Shown: positions 41,003 to 52,560, numbered from the stretch's first letter. The stretch is 64,000 bases of DNA from Cyanophyceae cyanobacterium (GCA_038321985.1 JBBQFN010000011.1:64001-128000), one strand, 5' to 3'. Notes: generated by a model not told the origin, from the letters alone. A program made the numbers and translations.

Positions 41003-42181
41003 TTAAGAGGCGATCGCCGTCATGGATGGCTTGCGGTAGTTTTTCTCCCCATTCAAAGATCGGGCTTGATGTTCATCCGTGACTGTATCCACAAACCAAT
41101 CAATTGTTTCTTGCTTAACCCACCCTTTGAGAACGGCAATTTCTCCAAACTTCATGCCTGTTTGATTTTGATAGTTTAAAATCCGGGTAATTTGGTCATC
41201 ATTTAACAAGGCAGCTTTTTTGAGATACTGTCCTAATGGCTGCTGAGGATGGGCTGTTGCTAATTTCGGTAACTGTTCAGCAAAAAAATCAACGGTTTCC
41301 GGTTTAACCCAGCCTCGGCGTGCGAGTAAGTCTCCAAACCGCAGATGCCTTTGATAGGCTTGCTCTTGCAAAATCTCTTCCACTTGTTCTGTGGAAATTA
41401 AACCAGCTCTTTTGAGTAACTGGCCGATGGGACTTTTGTATTGGTATAGATTTAACTTCTGTTGAAAGACTAACCAGAAAAAGGGAAGATCTTCAATTAA
41501 ATATCTCTTCCACAGACGTTTCGGTTCAGACATCAGGCGAAATGCCCACTCTACCCCGTATTTACTCATCCATTCTGGCGATCTCGGCCGGTTACCCGCT
41601 TCAAAATCAAGGGTTGCGCCAATTGCCATAAAGACTTTGATATTTGGCAACTGATTTTTGTACTTGTAAATCCATTTTTCCTGTTTGGGTGCGCCCACTC
41701 CGACGGCTAAAACCGTGGCCCCAGATTGATTAACCATCTCAATAATCTTTTGGCATTCGGCCTCATTTTTCTCAAAGCCGTATGAGGGAGAGTAAGAGCC
41801 AATGACTATCTCGCGGCCTAATTTTGAATTAATCTTCTTTTGCGCTTCGTGTGCGACTCCCTCTGCTGCCCCTAACAGAAAAATTGTAGTATCTTCGTCA
41901 TCCTTGAAATAGTTATAAAAAGCTGGGAAAAAGTCAGAACCGGAAATTTTTTCTCGGATGGGGTCACCTAACCAATTGGAAACCAGTTTTAAAATTTGAC
42001 TATCACAAACTCGATAATCTGCTTCTTGATAAATATGATGAAACTCTGGATCGTTTTGCAGTTTGATTAAATGATCGACGTTTGGGGTCACCACAACTCC
42101 TCCTTGTTTTTTGAGGAGAAGAAGCAATTCTTCTTGAGTTAAATTATCGATGCTTACATTCAAGATTTTAATCTGGTTCAT
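41003..42181 (-). CDS. WecB/TagA/CpsF (GT26) glycosyltransferase with C-terminal MshEN-like repeats
   Basis: TPNVDH, SGSD, GVGAPKQE and EPKRLWKRY motifs, followed by two (P-I/L-G...Q...R/K-F-G) modules. Confidence 0.9.
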   Translation of the reverse strand: MNQIKILNVSIDNLTQEELLLLLKKQGGVVVTPNVDHLIKLQNDPEFHHIYQEADYRVCDSQILKLVSNWLGDPIREKISGSDFFPAFYNYFKDDEDTTIFLLGAAEGVAHEAQKKINSKLGREIVIGSYSPSYGFEKNEAECQKIIEMVNQSGATVLAVGVGAPKQEKWIYKYKNQLPNIKVFMAIGATLDFEAGNRPRSPEWMSKYGVEWAFRLMSEPKRLWKRYLIEDLPFFWLVFQQKLNLYQYKSPIGQLLKRAGLISTEQVEEILQEQAYQRHLRFGDLLARRGWVKPETVDFFAEQLPKLATAHPQQPLGQYLKKAALLNDDQITRILNYQNQTGMKFGEIAVLKGWVKQETIDWFVDTVTDEHQARSLNGEKNYRKPSMTAIAS

Positions 42182-43423
42182 GGAATTAGATTTTTTGCAA
42201 TATAAAGAATGTGGACAATCTTCTGACTGACTTAATTTTTGACGGGTTCTCTAAAAATTTATTTCCCTTTTCCTCTGTCTGTACGTTAGCCCTCCTCTTA
42301 CTCTTAGCTCTATAGACCGCAGCTAGGACCCAATTTAGGGGGACTGAATCATCGGGACTGAAAGGGTAGAGGTAGCCGCCGTTTTTCCCTACAACCCTCT
42401 AACTTTTCACTCCGACTATCCAGGCCGATCGCCTGGAGAGGGACTCTGTGAGCTTGAAAGGCCGGTCTTTACTAGATTTATTCCGTAATGGCCGCACTTT
42501 CACTTCAGATTCAGAGTTAGATAAGAGGAGGTGAATTGAGGACATACCCTTCGTTTGTTATCACTCTAGTTTCTCCTGCTTGTAGCTAAAAAGGCATCCC
42601 TCTAGATGAATACACCTAGAAGGTGAGTGAGTGTCATTAAGTGCAAATTGTTGAGAATTATCATCCTATTGATATAAAATTTTTACATGAACTCTATAAA
42701 AGTTTTTTTGTCAACTATAAAAAAGTATAATTTTGTCGTTTTAGATATAAATATCAAATAAATAGAAGACTATTAATTAGATTTAGTTATAATTACTGGT
42801 TCTTCCGAGTCTAGGCTCTTCACTCCGAGGAACTCACTTGATTAGGGAATTTACTGAAACTCTGAGGCCGAGCGGTTATTTCTGATATTGTCTGCGATCG
42901 CAATGTCACTTCAACAATACTCAATTAGCCGGAGCTGATGAAGGGCTTCATCTCTACAAGCGGGGGCAGGGCATCCATGTTGATGACAAAATATTTAAAA
43001 TTTTAACCGATGTTGACAGTCCCTATTCAGGACAATTTTTACCTGGAGAACCTTTAAAAAAACTCCTTTTAGAGCCAACTAACGCCAGGGAGGTTACGAT
43101 TGAAAACCTCCGCGAGCCAAAGCCCCTCCAAGAGGGAAGCGATCGCCTCTTCCAGAAACGCAAGGGCTGCTGCTAATCCAATTAAGCCTAATTCGGGAGT
43201 CTTCCCCCTTCCCCCCCTGTCAGATCCCCGGAGAGTCCCCCTAATCACGAGGAAAGCCAGAGGAATAAATGTTGGATTCGCGGGGGGGTTGGGAGGATTT
43301 ATGCAAGCGGTCTATATCTAGGATATTCTATGAATAGGACCGATCCCGTTCGTTGTGCCTTGCCGTGAAAGCACTAGGGGCGACGAGCTCACCGGAAATT
43401 CAGATAGGCAAAATAAGTCAACG

Positions 43424-43924
43424 ATGATAGATCCAAGCAAAGACGAAATTCTAGCAATTCTTTCGCAAATTGAGAACCTGCAACGGGAACGCAGTAACCT
43501 CGCCACTGATTTACTATCCTTAGAGGATGAATCCCCAGAAGAAATCGCGAAGGCTTACCGACAGCAGGCTAGAGAAACAGCGGCAGTAGCGGTAGAAGTG
43601 AAAGGAATTGACGATGCGATCGCCGCCCTGCAAAGAAAGCTCTCTCAAAAGCAGGTAGAGTTGAAGAAGTTGGATGGACGAAATCCCCTCGCCGCACAGG
43701 TTGAAGAATCCAGGAATTGCGCCCAGGTTCATGCCCAGCGCATTAACGAACTTGCCAATGAACTCAGCGAAGAAGTCAAGGCGCTCAAGGCGATCGCCGA
43801 CGAAATTTCTCCGAGTTATTGGCAAGTTTATTACAAGCCTTTTATTACCGGATTCACAAGTATTTCAGTTCCCCACGTTCGTTCCGACGGGGATGTCTGG
43901 ATGATTATCAATCGCGTGGTGTGA
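43424..43924 (+). CDS. Hypothetical coiled-coil protein
   Basis: Heptad-rich 166 aa from ATG 43424 (ORF track starts at 43355). Confidence 0.7.
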   Translation: MIDPSKDEILAILSQIENLQRERSNLATDLLSLEDESPEEIAKAYRQQARETAAVAVEVKGIDDAIAALQRKLSQKQVELKKLDGRNPLAAQVEESRNCAQVHAQRINELANELSEEVKALKAIADEISPSYWQVYYKPFITGFTSISVPHVRSDGDVWMIINRVV

Positions 43925-44762
43925 TCTAGGAAATCGAGTCGGTTACTTTCTGAGAATCACCCATACTGCATGAATAATTCCGGGAAAGTATCCCAAGAAA
44001 GTTAATAACACATTAATCCAAAAGTCTCGACCCATCCCAACTTGCAAAAAAACGCCAAGGGGCGGCAGAAAAATAGCACAAATCAGCCGAATAGGATCCA
44101 TTTTTTACCTCTTCTGTTAAATACCATCTCAACGGACCTTGAACAATCACCCGAGAAACGTTCTCGGGGTTGTGATCGTCCGACCCATTCCTAATTTTAA
44201 CCTTTTTACAATGGATACTTCTGAGATAGAGCCCCTCACATGGAATTGGGTAATTCCTAGGGGAGTGGAAGGGTATAATCTCCCTTACCGGAGTCGGAAA
44301 CTGCTGCAAGAGGCACTCTATCCGTGGGTAAGTCTAGTTTAACTGAGGCGATCGCCCTGGTATGGCTACCCGGGGACAACAAACCCATCCACCGTTTCTG
44401 GACTCAGAGTCACAACTTTGATCACACCCAGAGCAAAACGATGGTAGGGTAGATCCGTTACGGTGACTCGACCCTCGCAAACAGAATCCCATGAATAGAG
44501 ATCGTACAAGGGAGCATCCCAAGCTGAAAAAGAACGGGGCGTGTAAACAAATTGCTCGTGGGAGTTTTCTTCCGGAGCATTTGCCTCTTACTCTGGCATT
44601 GCCTCAACGAGGTGGGCTTAGGAACAGTGAAACGATCCACGTTTGCGATCGAGGGACGAGAGGATGGGAGGGTCCGCGCCAGAGCGGTTTAGGATCCCAT
44701 CGTTTCCATCAACGCGCCATGACATCTGTCATTTTGTTTTTAAAGTGTAGCTGAGGTAATCT

Positions 44763-45131
44763 ATGCTGGCACCCCGTGACCTGCAATATCTGTTTGATAT
44801 TTTAATCTCGGCAAAACTCGCTTTGAACTACGTTTCTCGGAGTACCTGGTCCAGTTTTGTAGAAGATGTTCAATTGCAAGATTCAGTGATTCGGCGATTA
44901 GAGGTCATTGGAGAGGCAGAACGTCGCCTGTCCGAACGAACCCGAGTTTCTCTGTCCCGAATTCCTTTTATTTTGATGCGGAATAGAATCATCCATGAAT
45001 ATGATAAGATAGTATTAGAGGTTGTTTGGGATACGGTTCAACAAGATTTACCGACCCTAATCGAATCATTGGAAAAGGTTTTGCCAGTGCAGGAAGAAGC
45101 GGAGGAGGAGGAGGAGCGCTCCTATTATTAA
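44763..45131 (+). CDS. HepT-like (DUF86/HEPN) ribonuclease domain protein
   Basis: RRLEVIGEA, R-X4-H-X-Y motif (RNRIIHEY) and VWDTVQQDLP. GAGG RBS upstream. Confidence 0.85.
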   Translation: MLAPRDLQYLFDILISAKLALNYVSRSTWSSFVEDVQLQDSVIRRLEVIGEAERRLSERTRVSLSRIPFILMRNRIIHEYDKIVLEVVWDTVQQDLPTLIESLEKVLPVQEEAEEEEERSYY

Positions 45132-45764
45132 AGCTCGTCAATCGCCTCGGGCCGACTTGTCTCAAGCCAAGTGGCATTTTTAAGGGGGTTGAGGGGAGCA
45201 GTCATCACGTGAAAGCAAGAGGTTTAATAGAGTAGCTTCATCTCTTGTTTTTAACTCACTTAAATGGCACTTTTGTCTGATTCTTTCTGTTACTTAGCGT
45301 TCGGTGGAACGAGGAATAATAGCTCACGGGTTCACCGAAAGCAGAGGAATTGGGCCGAGATCCGCCCTTTGCCGGTTTTCAGGCTCCCTCTCAGAGGCGA
45401 TCGCTCTCCACCTAAGTACAGGCCCTCATCCCATCCCGGGGAAAGCAGTTCTTTCCCCTTGGATTATGCCGAATTCCTCACTAGAGTGAAAATCGGGAAT
45501 TTCCCACCCCAAGCACAATCTGCAAGGGGCGATCGCTACACTAGATCCTTTGCCCTCTCGACCTTAACCAACTGCATAGCTATTTCCCGGCTCCGATACC
45601 CACCATCCCTGGCAGAAATGGTATAATTTTTTTGTAAATTCTCATCACCTTAAAGAAGTAACTCTCTCCCTTCACTCGGTAGCAACGATAACGAATCATC
45701 AGGGTTTCTGGGACCGAAAAGGGTCGCTTGCACTTGATCCCGTGTTAAAGAATGGAAAACTTAT

Positions 45765-46904
45765 ATGGATTCTAATCGGAAACTCAACTCGTATATTTGG
45801 CAGGTAGCGATGTTACCGTTGGGGGGGTTATTAATACTGCTAGGTTTACTTTATCTGAATACCGAAAAAGCCTATCAATCTTGGAACCCACTTCAGCCAA
45901 TCCAGACCCCAGATTTAGATAGAAACGAACGGGAATTTACCCCTGCCGAACCCCAACGGAGTGATCGAGAAACCAGAGAGATCCAAGCTGGATTTAGCAA
46001 CTTGCGCCTTACGCTGATTCTCGGCGGTTTAATCGAACTGGGATTAATATTTTATGCCTTATGGGCGATCGCCTCGGGAGTCAACCGTCGGTTTGAGGAA
46101 GTTGCCCAAGCCATCACGGAATCCTCCACCGATATTGCCACCACAATGAGCCAACAAGAACGGATTGCCAACGATCAGGCAGCGTCCGTTAATGAAACCA
46201 CAACCACAATGGACGAATTGGGTGCTTCATCCCGACAATCTGCGGAACAAGCCGAAGCTGCTGCTGCGGATGCCCGGAATGCCTTAGGGTTAACAGAAGG
46301 CGGGAGTAAAGCTGTAGAGCGCACTTTAAGAGATATGTCCCTCTTAAAAGCAAAAGTCGGAGAAATTGCTGAACAAATTTTGCGCTTAAGCGAACAAACG
46401 TCTCAAATTCGCAATATCTCCGGACTCGTGAGTGACTTAGCCAATCAAACGAATATGCTCGCTCTTAATGCTGCGGTAGAAGCAGTTCGTGCCGGAGAAC
46501 AGGGGAAAGGATTTGCCGTTGTGGCTGCGGAAATTAGAAAACTCGCCGACCAAAGTCAGCAATCTACTGAAAAGATTAATGGGCTAGTTTTAGACATTCA
46601 AACGGCTATTAATTCGACGGTAATCGTAACCGATCAAGGAAGCAAAACCGTCAATGCCAGTTTGCAAGTTGCCCAAGAAACCGCCGAAGCATTCGAGGGG
46701 GTGACCGACGCCATTAATAACATTACCTTAAGCACCCAACAAATCTCTTTGAGTGCCAAACAACAAGCGATCGCTATTCAGCAAGTCGTCCAAGCGATGA
46801 ACTCCCTTAATACAGTCGCCGATCAAACAGCCCAAGGCATTAGTCAAGTTAAAACCGGCACCGAGCGACTCAACAGCGTGGCTAACAATTTAAAAACATT
46901 ATAA
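45765..46904 (+). CDS. Methyl-accepting chemotaxis protein
   Basis: Two TMs and [34 protein letters not shown]. Confidence 0.93.
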   Translation: MDSNRKLNSYIWQVAMLPLGGLLILLGLLYLNTEKAYQSWNPLQPIQTPDLDRNEREFTPAEPQRSDRETREIQAGFSNLRLTLILGGLIELGLIFYALWAIASGVNRRFEEVAQAITESSTDIATTMSQQERIANDQAASVNETTTTMDELGASSRQSAEQAEAAAADARNALGLTEGGSKAVERTLRDMSLLKAKVGEIAEQILRLSEQTSQIRNISGLVSDLANQTNMLALNAAVEAVRAGEQGKGFAVVAAEIRKLADQSQQSTEKINGLVLDIQTAINSTVIVTDQGSKTVNASLQVAQETAEAFEGVTDAINNITLSTQQISLSAKQQAIAIQQVVQAMNSLNTVADQTAQGISQVKTGTERLNSVANNLKTL

Positions 46905-46986
46905 AGACCGATATTCAAATTAGCGCGCGCCCCGTGGTCTTCTTATCGCCGCACCCTTGAATGGGTTGGTTTTGGGGGATTTAGGA

Positions 46987-47343
46987 TCAGCCGCCACTGA
47001 TTTTGGCAGGGTAACCCAAACCTGTCAAAATTTCTAGGACTTTTTGTTTACAATCCCCTTGCATTTCTATCATATTCTCCTTAACTGTTCCCCCGGTTCC
47101 GCACTGACTTTTAAGCTGCTTTGCCAAGTCGGTTAAGGTTTCTGGTTTCAATTGAAAGCCAGTAATTTCAGTAACTGTTTTACCCTTGCGCCCTTTGCGA
47201 GATGCCTGAACCCGAATCTTTTGCTGAGAAGGCGGCAGTTCCGGAACTGCACGTTCTGTGGCGGGGTTAGGTTTGCTACCTGTCCCAAATTCTTGATAAG
47301 CGATGCGATTGTCCCGGCCAGATTTCTTTTTGGAAGCGTCCAT
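46987..47343 (-). CDS. SUI1/YciH translation initiation factor
   Basis: RKGRKGKTVT and CGTGGTVK motifs. Start set at ATG 47343. Confidence 0.9.
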   Translation of the reverse strand: MDASKKKSGRDNRIAYQEFGTGSKPNPATERAVPELPPSQQKIRVQASRKGRKGKTVTEITGFQLKPETLTDLAKQLKSQCGTGGTVKENMIEMQGDCKQKVLEILTGLGYPAKISGG

Positions 47344-47488
47344 AAACAGCATCAAATAGCATGAAACAGCGATTAACTGTAGTTTAAACTCCAGGCACTC
47401 AGGAAACAAAATAGCCGACTCCTGGAGAACACCGGAATTACCGAGTCTACTCGTATAATAGAAGATTGTTTCACTTATCGCGATCGCC

Positions 47489-48733
47489 GTGACTACAACA
47501 CCTAGACCGACAACCCCAACCTCCCAACCTCAACAACCCGATACCTTTGGACGCTTCGGACGCTTTGGCGGCAAATATGTCCCTGAAACCCTCATGCCTG
47601 CCTTAGCCGAACTTGAAACGGCTTATCAGCAATATCGTAACGATTCAGAATTTCAAGCCGAACTCGACTTGCTGCTGCATGATTATGTCGGACGTCCTAG
47701 CCCGCTCTATTTCGCCGAACGCCTGACCCAACATTATGCTAGACCCGACGGCACCGGCGCACAAATTTATTTGAAACGGGAGGACCTCAACCATACAGGT
47801 GCTCATAAAATTAACAATGCGATCGCCCAAGCTCTTCTCGCCAAACGCATGGGTAAACAGCGGATTATCGCCGAAACTGGCGCGGGCCAACATGGCGTCG
47901 CCACGGCCACGGTTTGCGCCCGCTTTGGCTTAGAATGCGTGATTTATATGGGGGTTCAGGATATGGAACGTCAGTCCCTGAACGTCTTTAGAATGCGCCT
48001 GATGGGGGCCGAAGTCCGACCCGTGGCTGCGGGTACCGGCACTCTCAAAGATGCCACCTCGGAAGCCATTCGTGACTGGGTAACCAATGTAGAAACCACC
48101 CACTACATCCTCGGTTCCGTGGCCGGACCCCACCCCTACCCGATGATGGTGCGTGACTTCCATGCTGTGATCGGACAGGAAACCCGCGCCCAATGCCTGG
48201 AAAAATGGGGGGGTTTGCCGGATATTCTCCTCGCCTGTGTTGGGGGCGGTTCCAACGCGATGGGACTCTTCCACGAATTCGTTAATGAATCCCAAATTCG
48301 GTTAATCGGTGTAGAAGCCGCAGGAGAAGGGGTTGATACCGATAAACACGCCGCGACCCTCACTCACGGCCAAATCGGGGTTTTGCATGGGGCGATGAGC
48401 TATTTATTGCAAGATGACGAGGGCCAAGTGATTGAGGCCCACTCGATTAGTGCAGGGTTGGATTATCCCGGTGTTGGACCTGAACATAGTTATTTGAAAG
48501 ACCTCGGACGGGCGGAATATTACAGCATTACCGACAAAGAAGCGTTAGATGCCTTTCAGCGGTTATCTCAATTAGAGGGAATTATTCCGGCTTTGGAAAC
48601 CTCCCATGCGATCGCTTATTTAGAAACCCTCTGTACTCAAGTCGAGGGTAGCCCTCGCATTGTAATTAATTGTTCAGGCCGGGGTGACAAAGACGTACAA
48701 ACAGTGGCGAAACATCTTCTCCCCAATTCCTAA
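47489..48733 (+). CDS. trpB: Tryptophan synthase beta chain
   Basis: [17 protein letters not shown] and SGRGDKD motifs. Confidence 0.98.
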   Translation: MTTTPRPTTPTSQPQQPDTFGRFGRFGGKYVPETLMPALAELETAYQQYRNDSEFQAELDLLLHDYVGRPSPLYFAERLTQHYARPDGTGAQIYLKREDLNHTGAHKINNAIAQALLAKRMGKQRIIAETGAGQHGVATATVCARFGLECVIYMGVQDMERQSLNVFRMRLMGAEVRPVAAGTGTLKDATSEAIRDWVTNVETTHYILGSVAGPHPYPMMVRDFHAVIGQETRAQCLEKWGGLPDILLACVGGGSNAMGLFHEFVNESQIRLIGVEAAGEGVDTDKHAATLTHGQIGVLHGAMSYLLQDDEGQVIEAHSISAGLDYPGVGPEHSYLKDLGRAEYYSITDKEALDAFQRLSQLEGIIPALETSHAIAYLETLCTQVEGSPRIVINCSGRGDKDVQTVAKHLLPNS

Positions 48734-48746
48734 CGTTATCAAAAAC

Positions 48747-49298
48747 ATGAAACTCGGATTTCTACTGGCAAAACTGGCACTACTTGCAATGGCTACTGCG
48801 TTGAGTGGTTGCCAGTTTTCTGCCTACTTAGAAACCGGATTAGAAAATGCGGGAATTTCGTTGAGTCCCAAACCGACGACTCCTCTTCCTCAAAATCCGG
48901 ATTCTGAATTCAGCCAGATGGAACAACGGGTTCACGAACAGGTGAATCAGTATCGGCAGGCACAAAACCTCCCGCCCCTCACCCTCGATGAACGGATCAG
49001 CACCTACGCCAGAAAACATAGCGAAGCGATGGCCCAGGGTGATATGACCTTTAGTCATGATGGGTTTGAGGATAGAATCAAGGCGATCGGTCAATCCCTT
49101 TCCTATCGCAGGGCCGGTGAAAATTTAGCGTATAACATGGGCTATCGCGACCCGGTTACCCAAGCCGTAGAGGGGTGGATCGGCAGTCCCGGTCATCAGA
49201 AGAATATGGTAGGGACTTACGATTTGACCGGCATCGGGGTTGCGAAGAATGCCAAGGGTGAGTATTATTACAGCCAAATTTTTATCAAGGGTCGGTAA
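48747..49298 (+). CDS. CAP/SCP domain lipoprotein
   Basis: LSGC lipobox, FSH, GENLA and SPGHQKNM motifs. Start set at ATG 48747. Confidence 0.88.
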   Translation: MKLGFLLAKLALLAMATALSGCQFSAYLETGLENAGISLSPKPTTPLPQNPDSEFSQMEQRVHEQVNQYRQAQNLPPLTLDERISTYARKHSEAMAQGDMTFSHDGFEDRIKAIGQSLSYRRAGENLAYNMGYRDPVTQAVEGWIGSPGHQKNMVGTYDLTGIGVAKNAKGEYYYSQIFIKGR

Positions 49299-49304
49299 GG
49301 TTCG

Positions 49305-49335
49305 GGTCTCCCAATCAGGAAGAGATTGGGAGACC
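49305..49335 (+). terminator. Stem-loop after the CAP gene
   Basis: GGTCTCCCAATC-AGGAAGA-GATTGGGAGACC. Confidence 0.55.
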
Positions 49336-49408
49336 TTAACCCTTTGATCGGGCTGGTCTTTGGTAAATTGGGGGTTGGATTCACCGAGATCAGGATGATA
49401 GGTAGTTT

Positions 49409-50038
49409 ATGACATTACAAGCATTTCAAGTAGGCGACTGCGATTTAAGCCAGGAACAGTTATTAGGGTATTTATCCGCACCGGCGATCGCCCTCGATAC
49501 CGAAACGATGGGACTTTTACCCCAACGCGATCGCCTCTGTTTAGTCCAAATTTGCGACAATGAAGGTCACGTTACCGTGATTCGCATTCCCCGAGGACAA
49601 AAGGAAGCCCCCCATCTTAAACAGCTTCTCGAAGCCTCCAACATCCTCAAAGTTTTTCACTTTGCCCGCTTTGATATGGCAACCTTGCTTTATCATCTCG
49701 GCATCGCCGTCCAACCCGTCTTTTGTACAAAGATTGCCAGCAAGTTAGCCCGAACCTACAGTCCCCGCCACGGACTCAAAGAGGTGGTGCAAGAACTTTC
49801 AAAGGTTGAACTTGATAAAAGCGCTCAGAGTTCCGATTGGGGCAATCCCGATAACCTATCCGAAGCGCAGTTAAGTTATGCCGCCAATGATGTGCGCTAC
49901 TTACTCCCGGTTCAACAGAAATTACAAACCATGTTGGAACGAGAGGAACGCTGGGAACTAGCACAGCAGTGCTTTCAATCTTTGCCCGTGTTTATTTCCT
50001 TAGATTTACTGCAATATAAAGATATCTTTGAGCATTAA
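49409..50038 (+). CDS. rnd: Ribonuclease D-like 3'-5' exonuclease
   Basis: DTET, HFARFD, SSDW and YAANDV motifs. Confidence 0.88.
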   Translation: MTLQAFQVGDCDLSQEQLLGYLSAPAIALDTETMGLLPQRDRLCLVQICDNEGHVTVIRIPRGQKEAPHLKQLLEASNILKVFHFARFDMATLLYHLGIAVQPVFCTKIASKLARTYSPRHGLKEVVQELSKVELDKSAQSSDWGNPDNLSEAQLSYAANDVRYLLPVQQKLQTMLEREERWELAQQCFQSLPVFISLDLLQYKDIFEH

Positions 50039-50164
50039 TCCGCGTCAAATATTCGGGGAATTAGAGAAACCCCCGCAGATTAAAATTTAGAATATTTTGG
50101 CTGATTAAAAATAATCGGGTGAAAGCCAGTGATTCTGCTTAAACCCGGTTTCTTCCTATACTGC

Positions 50165-50947
50165 TTAGGATTCCGTGGGATTTACTGAAGTTTGTAACCC
50201 ACCGACTAACTGTTCAATCCCCCGTTTAATCCAGCGCGTAACGGTCATCGGACTCACTCCGATTTGCTCGGCGACCTCTTTGCGCGGAATTTCTTTAAAG
50301 AACACCGACTCAATCACCGTCCGGGTTTTATCTTCTAACTGATTGAGTGCCTCTTGGAGTTGTTGGCGTTCTTCTTCTAAACCCTGGAGGGATTGATAAT
50401 GATGATCCACTAAGGTGTCACCCAAGGTTATCGGGGTATCTACCTGGACTGATACCAAGGCATCTAAACTCAGGGGCATCCGATTTTGGCTGGCTAACTT
50501 TGTTTGCCGCCATTCTTCCACAGAGACCTGTAATTGCTCGGCAATCTCTCTATCTTTAGGTACACGGCCCAGGGACTGGGTTAATGCTTCTCTAACCTTT
50601 TCGCCTCGGGTTTGCAGTTCCCGCCAACGCCGGGGAATTTTCACCGAAGAGCCTTTATCTCGGAGAAAATGCAGCATTTCGCCGCGAATATAGGGGACGG
50701 CAAAGGAACTAAAGGCACAGCCTTGGGCGGGGTCGAAGCGCTCGATCGCCCGAATCAAGCCCAAATAACCGATTTGTTCCAGGTCTTCGTAGGGTTCAGC
50801 ACATTGATGGCTGACTCGATGGGCTATTTTTCTGACCAGGCCAGCATTTAAACGAACGAGCTGATTACGAACAAGCACCGAGGGCTTCTGGTGATAGGAG
50901 ACTAATAGTTCCATCCCTCGGTAGTGCATAGAGGATTGAGTCGCCAT
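50165..50947 (-). CDS. sigF: Group 3 RNA polymerase sigma factor SigF
   Basis: EPYEDLEQIGYLGLIRAIERFDP, FAVPYIRGEMLHFLRD and GVSPMTVTR motifs. Confidence 0.9.
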   Translation of the reverse strand: MATQSSMHYRGMELLVSYHQKPSVLVRNQLVRLNAGLVRKIAHRVSHQCAEPYEDLEQIGYLGLIRAIERFDPAQGCAFSSFAVPYIRGEMLHFLRDKGSSVKIPRRWRELQTRGEKVREALTQSLGRVPKDREIAEQLQVSVEEWRQTKLASQNRMPLSLDALVSVQVDTPITLGDTLVDHHYQSLQGLEEERQQLQEALNQLEDKTRTVIESVFFKEIPRKEVAEQIGVSPMTVTRWIKRGIEQLVGGLQTSVNPTES

Positions 50948-51406
50948 TCTAGTTAGATCCTCAATAGGGGCGTCCCCTGGTCTTCAGGGGGAGTGGATAG
51001 GAGAAAATGAGAAATATGTTAAGGATTAATCAATAAATTTAACCTACTTTTATTCTGCCTCAGGATAGATGCAGAGACTAGAGTTGTTTTACTGAACTCC
51101 TCCGAAGGGAAACCGAGGGCTTCAGCAAAAACACGGAAATTTTTTGTGGGGAATGTAAAGTAAGTCCCCCAGTTATGAAGAAATGTAAACTACGGGTTAA
51201 ATAACCTTTTCTTGATGGCAGTTAAATCTAAGACATCAAGGGGACTGACCGATTCAAGCCGACCCAAAGAGTAGAGAGACAGTCCTCCCCGGTGCAGGAG
51301 GGAACAAGGAGCACAAGCCCGATAAAGACGGTGTACTCGGTTCAAGTTTAGCTACAATAGCAATTAGTTATCTGCTTGATTGAGAAAAGAAATTGACCCC
51401 GCCAAC

Positions 51407-52529
51407 ATGGAAGCTTTAGAAATCAAACGGGAAGTTGAACAGTTGTACGATCGCCTGGGTAAAACCCAGGACTATCTTTGACATTCCCGCCCTTACTGCC
51501 AAAATCCACGACTTAGAGCAATTAGCCGCGCAACCCGAGTTTTGGGATGACCAGGCCACGGCATCTTCTACCCTGCAAGAACTCAACGACCTCAAGTCTC
51601 ATTTAAACCAATATCATCAGTGGAAAAATAGCCTAGAAGATACTAAGGCGATATTAGAACTACTGGAAATAGAACCGGATGAGGCACTTTGTCAGGAAGC
51701 AGAATCCACGATCACCCAACTGGATGAAGAACTGGATCGCTGGGAATTAGAACAATTGCTCTGTGGACCCTACGACAAAAGCGGTGCCGTCTTGAGCATC
51801 AATGCCGGTGCCGGTGGGACCGATGCCCAAGATTGGACGGAAATGTTGATCCGAATGTACACCCGCTGGGGCGAAAGTCACGGGTATAAAGTCCAATTTA
51901 GCGAAATCTCTGAGGGAGACGAAGCCGGGATTAAGTCAGCCACCTTGGAAATCGAGGGACGCTATGCTTACGGTTACTTGAAAGGAGAAAAAGGAACCCA
52001 CCGCCTGGTGAGAATTTCACCCTTTAATGCCAACGGCAAGCGGCAAACGAGCTTTGCTGGAGTCGAAGTCATGCCGATGTTGGATGGGTCGGTAAAGTTA
52101 GAGATTCCCGAGAAAGAGTTAGAAATTACGACCTCCCGTTCCGGGGGGAAAGGCGGACAAAACGTCAATAAAGTGGAAACAGCGGTGCGGGTGGTACATC
52201 TGCCGACTGGACTGGCTGTGCGCTGTACCCAGGAGCGATCGCAACTTCAAAACAAAGAAAAGGCCCTAGCCTTGCTCAAAGCCAAATTGCTGGTCATCGC
52301 TCAAGAGCAACGCGCCCAAGAAATTGCAGAAATCCGGGGGGATATGGTAGAAGCCGCCTGGGGTAACCAGATTCGCAACTATGTCTTTCACCCTTATCAA
52401 ATGGTAAAAGACCTGCGCACTGGAGTAGAAACCACTAATATTGCTGACATTATGAATGGCGAGTTCGACGCCTTTATCGAAGCCTATCTTCGCCAGGAAA
52501 CCCAACTTGGGGATAGCAATACGCCTTAA
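51407..52529 (+). CDS. prfB: Peptide chain release factor 2, programmed +1 frameshift
   Basis: ATG 51407 [24 protein letters not shown], then CTT TGA C at 51476-51482. The +1 frame carries SPF and GGQ. Confidence 0.97.
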
Positions 52530-52560
52530 AAATTGATTCATCCTTTTGGTGGGAGTCAAA

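Noticed and set aside
44013..44754. Short ORFs upstream of the HEPN gene as a possible MNT antitoxin
   Set aside because: No GS...DxD nucleotidyltransferase motif in the translated frames.
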